Shown: one piece after another, positions 58,986 through 64,000 of the stretch | Layout of the letters: each line of letters starts with the position of its first letter | Numbering within the stretch: position 1 is the first letter of the stretch | DNA from: a virus | Taxonomy: Duplodnaviria > Heunggongvirae > Uroviricota > Caudoviricetes | IMG/VR virus record: IMGVR_UViG_3300043406_000147 | Direction: 5' to 3' (one strand) | DNA: 64,000 nucleotides | Program-made: the position numbers and the translations under genes | The notes under the pieces: model-generated | The model's database searches: none | What the model was told of the DNA's origin: nothing | What the model saw: the letters and a program-made list of their open reading frames with translations, nothing else

Positions 58986-61247
58986 ATGATCGAACAAATC
59001 ATCAAGCGCAACGGGATGACCGAGGCATTCGACCCCTCCAAGCTCATCAAGTGGATGATGTGGGCGGACACGCGCTTCAAAAATCTGTCTGATTGGGCCG
59101 AAGCTTCAATCGACGTGATCAACACCTTGAATGGTCGGGTGCATTCTCAGACGTTACAGAAGCGTCTGATTCGCCGACTTCTGGAGCTGGGTGGCTGGGC
59201 TAACAACTGCGTGGCGGGCCGACTCTACGCGTGCTTGGTTCGCAAAGAGATCTTTGGCGACAAGATGCCCACGGTTCGCCGTGCTCTGGAAATCGCACAC
59301 TACGCCGGCCTGGCTCGAAAGTTCAACTACACCGACGACGAATGGACTCAGATCGAGTCGTTCATCGATCATGACCGTGACAACGAAATGGCGTATTTCC
59401 AGATACGTCAAGTGGTGAAGAAGTACAGCATCCAGAATCGCCACACGAAGAAGTATTTCGAAACACCGCAAATCACATACATGCGACTGGCTCTTGCACT
59501 GGCGGAGTCCGAGCCTGTTGAGGAGCGGATGATTCATGCGAAGAATTGGTACGACCATTTCAGCCTGAATCGCATCAACTCCCCCACCCCGAATTACCAA
59601 AGTTTGGGCACCTACAACAACGGTCTGGCTTCTTGCTGCTTGTTTGGTGCTGATGATACGGCAGCATCGATCGCGGCTGGTCAACTCATCGCCAACACCA
59701 TGGTTTACATGGGATCTGGAATCGGCGGCACGGTCAATTGCCGCAGTGAAGGCGAGCCCATCCGAAATGGCGCCATCATCCACCAAGGGAAACTGCCGTA
59801 CTACATGGCGTATGGCAAGACCATCAAGTCGAACAAGCAAGGCACGCGAGGTGGCGCTGGTACGTTTTACTACAACGGCTTCGACAAAGATGCTGATGGC
59901 CTGGCGATGGCTCAAAATCCACGCACGCCTGAAGCCCGTCAAAACCGGGACCTGCATTTCGGTTATCAAACCAACGCCTTCTTCGCTTGGAAAGCAGCCC
60001 GCAATGAAGACGTGTTCGCTTTCAATACGTTCACTGCTCCCGATCTGATGGAGAAGTTCTACAGCGGTGACATCGATGGTTTTGCTGCGCTTTACAAGAA
60101 GTACGAAGCCGACGAGGGCTTTGTCAAGCATTACCGAAGTGCTCGTGAGTTCATCATCAAGGCTCGTCGTCAGAGTTACGAAGTCGGCACCCACTACCCG
60201 ATGTTTGTCGACGAGGTGAACCGCCACACGCCGTTCCTCGAACCCATCCGGTCATCCAATCTTTGTGCGGAAATCATGCAGCCCACAAAGCCCTACATGG
60301 ATGCAAGCTACCTCTATCGCAGCGACGATCACCAGCAAGGTGAAGTCTCGATGTGCAGTCTGGCTGCCCTGGTCGTCTCGAACCTCCACACCGACGAGGA
60401 GTACGAAAGTGCAGCCTATTACGCTGCCAAAATGATTGACAAGTGCATCGATCTCTCAGACTACCCATTCCCCCACGTGGCATTCACGTCCAGAATGCGT
60501 CGCAACGCTGGCATCGGAATGACGGGTGTGGCAACCGTGATGGCTCGTGCTGGAGTCAAGTATTCCGAACAAGCCGGCCTCGAAGAACTCGACCGGATCG
60601 CCGAACGTCATTCGTGGTTCTGTATCAAGGCAGCCTTGAAGCTTGGGCAAGAAAAAGGCAACGCTCCTTGGATACATAAGACCAAGTGGCCTCAAGGTTG
60701 GCTGCCGCGTGACACCTACAACCGCGGTGTGGATGAACTGGTCGCCCCGGTTTGGCGGTATGACTGGGATCGCATGAGTCAGGACATCATCGACAACGGC
60801 GGTATCCGTTTCTCATGTGTGATTGCACACATGCCCACTGAGAGTTCTTCGAAGAGTTCTGGTGCGCCGAATTCCTTCCTCCCGATCCGTGAACTCTGGA
60901 TGGCCAAGACGGACGGCGATAACCTGATCGACTGGGCTGCCACGGATTCCAACATCCTCGCCGACAAGTATGAACTGGCTTGGAAAATCCCAATCATCAG
61001 TCAGATCCAATGCTGGGGTGTTGTTCAGAAACACACCGACGGTGGCGGGTCTTACGACCTATACGCAGACCGAAGCAAGGACCTGACACTCTACACCGAC
61101 AACATGCTCGCAGAATACCTGGAAATGGTCAAGCGTGGTCTGAAATCGCATTATTACCAAAACTCACTGACGACTGACCAAAAGGGAAATTCAGTTGAGT
61201 TGGCGATTGAAGATGCCTGCGGTCCCAATGGCGGCTGCAAACTGTAA
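58986..61247 (+). CDS. nrdA: ribonucleoside-diphosphate reductase alpha subunit (class Ia, with an ATP cone)
   Basis: The N-terminal KRNGMTEAFDPSKL is ATP-cone-like, and SSNLCAEIMQPTKP is the active-site motif. 753 aa. Confidence 0.7.
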   Translation: MIEQIIKRNGMTEAFDPSKLIKWMMWADTRFKNLSDWAEASIDVINTLNGRVHSQTLQKRLIRRLLELGGWANNCVAGRLYACLVRKEIFGDKMPTVRRALEIAHYAGLARKFNYTDDEWTQIESFIDHDRDNEMAYFQIRQVVKKYSIQNRHTKKYFETPQITYMRLALALAESEPVEERMIHAKNWYDHFSLNRINSPTPNYQSLGTYNNGLASCCLFGADDTAASIAAGQLIANTMVYMGSGIGGTVNCRSEGEPIRNGAIIHQGKLPYYMAYGKTIKSNKQGTRGGAGTFYYNGFDKDADGLAMAQNPRTPEARQNRDLHFGYQTNAFFAWKAARNEDVFAFNTFTAPDLMEKFYSGDIDGFAALYKKYEADEGFVKHYRSAREFIIKARRQSYEVGTHYPMFVDEVNRHTPFLEPIRSSNLCAEIMQPTKPYMDASYLYRSDDHQQGEVSMCSLAALVVSNLHTDEEYESAAYYAAKMIDKCIDLSDYPFPHVAFTSRMRRNAGIGMTGVATVMARAGVKYSEQAGLEELDRIAERHSWFCIKAALKLGQEKGNAPWIHKTKWPQGWLPRDTYNRGVDELVAPVWRYDWDRMSQDIIDNGGIRFSCVIAHMPTESSSKSSGAPNSFLPIRELWMAKTDGDNLIDWAATDSNILADKYELAWKIPIISQIQCWGVVQKHTDGGGSYDLYADRSKDLTLYTDNMLAEYLEMVKRGLKSHYYQNSLTTDQKGNSVELAIEDACGPNGGCKL

Positions 61248-61262
61248 ATCTAGGAGAACGAC

Positions 61263-62393
61263 ATGAGCGAAATCATTCTTGACGACAAGATTTTCAACAC
61301 CGAGAAGACGGACTACGAAGACACCCCGTTGTTCTTGGGACAAGCCTCCGGCCTATACGACACGATCAACGGGAAGTACCCCCAGATCGAGAACCTGACA
61401 CTGAAGATGCAGGCGCTGGATTGGTCGGAGCGTGAAGTTCCGTTCGATACCTGCAACGCTGAATTCAAGAGCGTACCAAAGTCGATCTACGACATGGCGT
61501 TCCTGAACCTGGCATTCCAATGGGAAGGGGATAGCGTCGCCGCCCGGTCGCTCACGCCGATCATGGCACCGTTCGTCAGCTCTTCGCAGCTGTGGACAGC
61601 TTACACCGAGATCCAGAAAAACGAAGGCGTGCATGCGCGCGCTTACGGCGAAATGGTTCGACTCTCGTTCGATGATCCGAACGCTGTGATCCGGCACATT
61701 CATTCACTCAAAGATACCTTTTACCGACTCAAAACGGTTGGTGAGGTATTCCGCGACGCTTACGTGGCTTCCCACAAGTACGCGCTTGGGTTGATCCCCA
61801 ATGACAAGCACTTGTACAAGACGCTGATGCTTTACGTGGTGGCAATGTACCTGATGGAGCGAATCCAGTTCATGGCCTCGTTCGCTGTCACGTTCTGTCT
61901 GTCTGATGAAGGGTTGTTCATGCCTATCGGTCAAGTCGTGCAGAAAATCTGTCAAGATGAATTCGAAGTACATGCTCGCCTCGGCGAAGCTGTGCTCGAC
62001 ATCGAGCTGAAGACGCATCGCGGCATGATGTTCTGGTACGAGAATTCCGACCAGATCAAGCAAATGATCATGGACGTGACACAGAGCGAAATCGAGAACA
62101 TCAAGTATCTCCATCAAGAAGGCCGCCGTCTTCCGAATGCCACGGAAAAGCAGCTGGTGGATTGGGTGTACTGGAACGTTCTTCCGGTGTACTCGTTCTT
62201 CCGCATTCGTCCTGAAGTGCCGGTCCTGTCGAAGAACCCACTTCCAATCATGAACAACTGGACCAACATCGGCCTCCAGCAAAACTCCCCCCAAGAGCAG
62301 AAGAACATGCAATACTTCCTTGGGCAAGTGGTGGATAACCTGGGAACAAAACCAATTGCTACCATGGCGCACTTGGATTCCCGGTTCGGTTAA
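61263..62393 (+). CDS. nrdB: ribonucleoside-diphosphate reductase beta subunit
   Basis: Ferritin-like di-iron ligands (KNEGVHARAYGE; QDEFEVHARLGE). TAGGAG RBS. 376 aa. Confidence 0.65.
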   Translation: MSEIILDDKIFNTEKTDYEDTPLFLGQASGLYDTINGKYPQIENLTLKMQALDWSEREVPFDTCNAEFKSVPKSIYDMAFLNLAFQWEGDSVAARSLTPIMAPFVSSSQLWTAYTEIQKNEGVHARAYGEMVRLSFDDPNAVIRHIHSLKDTFYRLKTVGEVFRDAYVASHKYALGLIPNDKHLYKTLMLYVVAMYLMERIQFMASFAVTFCLSDEGLFMPIGQVVQKICQDEFEVHARLGEAVLDIELKTHRGMMFWYENSDQIKQMIMDVTQSEIENIKYLHQEGRRLPNATEKQLVDWVYWNVLPVYSFFRIRPEVPVLSKNPLPIMNNWTNIGLQQNSPQEQKNMQYFLGQVVDNLGTKPIATMAHLDSRFG

Positions 62394-62410
62394 ACCGGCA
62401 TCGAAGTAGA

Positions 62411-62447
62411 CGGCATAAATGGGAGGCCCGGCCTCCCATTTATGCTG
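62411..62447. terminator. conserved palindromic repeat / bidirectional terminator
   Basis: CGGCATAAATGGGAGGCCCGGCCTCCCATTTATGCTG. Confidence 0.6.
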
Positions 62448-62536
62448 CTTGATCATTTCAGATCAAGCCAAGGAAACATGATCATGACCCAGATTTTGAA
62501 GGCAATGTCATTGCCGTAGAAGATCAGTCCCATGAC

Positions 62537-63526
62537 TTACGCCTTGCCAAGGGTAGCCAGGTAGGCCACGTACTTGGGTTTGCGTGTGAACATCACGAGC
62601 TTGGGATACTCGCGGTTGATTTCGTAGAAGCTCTTGCCGTAGCCAGGCAGTGCGACTTTGGCCAGCCGAGTGGTTTTCTCAGCATGCCCGAACCACTTCG
62701 ATGGATCACAGCCAGGTGTGGCCTGACACATTTTCCGATCCGAAATCACCCGCCCAGAGCCGCCGTTGTACGCGATCAACATCATGGCGACATGGTCTTC
62801 CTCCGTCGCTGCGCCAGTGATTCGCTGATAGTTCTGCTTGTTCTTCAGAACGAGACCTCGAAACTGAAGAGCGGGGTCATACAGTCGAGCGGAATCCCAA
62901 TCCCAGCCACGAAGCTCTTGAGGGAAGTGACCTCGCAGTTCAGTGAGGGCGTCCATCGTATTCGTTTTGGTGATTTGGCCAAAGCCAACGCCTCGCTCGC
63001 GAGATGTTTTCAGTTCAGCGGACGGGGTCCAGCACTTCGAGTGTTTCAGCGAAACGCAAGACTCCTGTTCCGTCTGCGATGCAAACAAGGCGATGTCGGC
63101 TCCCGGCCAGTAGGTCATGGTCTCCGAGATCAGGACCGGCATGTACTTCACGGCACCCGGCGGTACTCCTTGAGCCCGCGCAGGCGACACGCTCAGCAGC
63201 AGAGCTGCCAAGACCAGACACACGCCCAGAAACGTCAGGCCAGCACCAGTGGGGCTCTTACAAGCTTTCTGAGCGACATTCCGCAGATCCAGGTACGGAA
63301 ACAGCAGTCGGCGGAAGACGTGCGTGCATGCCACCGCAATGGTTGCACCAGCCATCCACATCCCGATGACAGCCAGAGAAGGCTCGCCGACCACCACCGC
63401 CAACGGGGTAGAGCCGACCAACATCACCGTTGCGATCAGCAGGAATACCAACACACGAATGGTGTCAGCTCCTTTCTTCCTTCGGACCTCCATGTGGGAG
63501 TCGTCCGGTTCATTCACTTCGTTCAT
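62537..63526 (-). CDS. membrane-anchored lytic transglycosylase (SLT domain)
   Basis: N-terminal TM helices, then ...QTEQESCVS...GFGQIT...LIAYNGGSGRV, matching the SLT catalytic-Glu and AYNAG motifs. ATG at 63526 is preferred over the TTG at 63580. Confidence 0.55.
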   Translation of the reverse strand: MNEVNEPDDSHMEVRRKKGADTIRVLVFLLIATVMLVGSTPLAVVVGEPSLAVIGMWMAGATIAVACTHVFRRLLFPYLDLRNVAQKACKSPTGAGLTFLGVCLVLAALLLSVSPARAQGVPPGAVKYMPVLISETMTYWPGADIALFASQTEQESCVSLKHSKCWTPSAELKTSRERGVGFGQITKTNTMDALTELRGHFPQELRGWDWDSARLYDPALQFRGLVLKNKQNYQRITGAATEEDHVAMMLIAYNGGSGRVISDRKMCQATPGCDPSKWFGHAEKTTRLAKVALPGYGKSFYEINREYPKLVMFTRKPKYVAYLATLGKA

Positions 63527-63556
63527 GGCGCACAGCCCTTTCGTGAGGATTAAAAG

Positions 63557-63582
63557 AATTGACAAAGTGACCTGTGTCAATT
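63557..63582. promoter_or_regulatory. operator-like inverted repeat in a divergent promoter
   Basis: AATTGACA-N10-TGTCAATT overlaps a TTGACA hexamer. Downstream on the + side lies TTGCAT-N15-TACTAT. Confidence 0.4.
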
Positions 63583-63685
63583 GATGGTAAATTTATTTAT
63601 GCCCAAATAAGTACAACATTGCATTTTTATACGATGCTGTACTATGTGTTAGAGTAGTCACAGGTGTTTGCCAACAGGAGTACCC

Positions 63686-63934
63686 ATGGCAATTGCACAG
63701 TTTGCACTCTTTGATGAAAATCCGCAAAAGGACCCAAAATGCGAAGCGGAACTGGTCAACGGAGTGGCGCACTTAGGGGAAGTAGCCGCTGAACTAATCG
63801 ATTGGGTTACTCGTTTTGAGAGGGGCATCAGCCGCCCAACAGAGAGGGACGTTTGCTATTACGCGGGCCGCCTCACCGCGGTGAACATGTTACTTGACAA
63901 CCTTGTTTTGCAACTGAAGGAATTGGAAAAATGA
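63686..63934 (+). CDS. hypothetical protein
   Basis: ATG at 63686 after a CAGGAG. 82 aa. Confidence 0.4.
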   Translation: MAIAQFALFDENPQKDPKCEAELVNGVAHLGEVAAELIDWVTRFERGISRPTERDVCYYAGRLTAVNMLLDNLVLQLKELEK

Positions 63935-64000
63935 ATACAAAAGGTGAGATTATCTTTTGCCCAATACATAAAGGCATGTTGCCTTTTGCGCCAATGGCTG
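63931..64000 (+). CDS. hypothetical protein, 3' end truncated by window edge
   Basis: An ATG overlapping the upstream stop (ATGA) opens a frame that remains open to the window end. Confidence 0.25.
   Translation, partial: MNTKGEIIFCPIHKGMLPFAPMA

Overview
The window reads as a contiguous, gene-dense segment of a large virulent double-stranded DNA phage, probably jumbo-phage-like. Overall GC content is about 50% with a clearly mosaic composition. Genes are almost all on the + strand apart from two minus-strand blocks. No rRNA, tRNA, CRISPR array or integrase was seen. From start to end the content is as follows. (1) A lysis region: two paralogous Gly/Ala-zipper membrane proteins, a 127-aa ORF, and an endolysin with a peptidoglycan-binding domain plus a muramidase-like domain. 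(2) A minus-strand protein with DEDDy 3'-5' exonuclease motifs (PolB/PolA proofreading type), an HExxH metalloprotease-like gene, a tandem excisionase-type HTH protein, and two unrelated HNH endonucleases. (3) A divergent structural block: a 993-aa and a 369-aa gene on the minus strand, with 410-aa and 296-aa genes on the plus strand. (4) A family of six tandem paralogues (18887-29933) with Glu-rich N-terminal regions and a conserved 'A(M/L)EGIKE...W..I...WIKGFF' core; they resemble the internal-body or ejected-protein families of giant phages. (5) A nucleotide-metabolism set: thymidylate kinase, a thymidylate synthase split by a roughly 300-nt ORF-less group I intron, and class Ia ribonucleotide reductase nrdA/nrdB. 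(6) Two triplicated gene families of unknown function (40895-42900 and 43893-46875), 2OG-oxygenase-like and DUF4326-like small ORFs, and GC-rich moron-like genes including a PEP-CTERM secreted protein and an SPFH/band-7 protein. (7) A beta-helix tail-fibre/tailspike-like gene next to a 760-nt AT-rich non-coding island with a (TTAC)n microsatellite. (8) A family of at least 15 intergenic stem-loops, six of which share a conserved extended palindrome CGGCATAAATGGGRGG..CCYCCCATTTATGCCG(CAT); almost all are followed by TATGC(C/T)G. This fits terminator-plus-TATG-type late promoter coupling as described for phiKZ-like phages. (9) A membrane-anchored lytic-transglycosylase gene with an operator-like palindrome in its divergent promoter. 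Functional calls rest on motif recognition from the translated ORFs and not on database searches; start codons are chosen by RBS and frame inspection.
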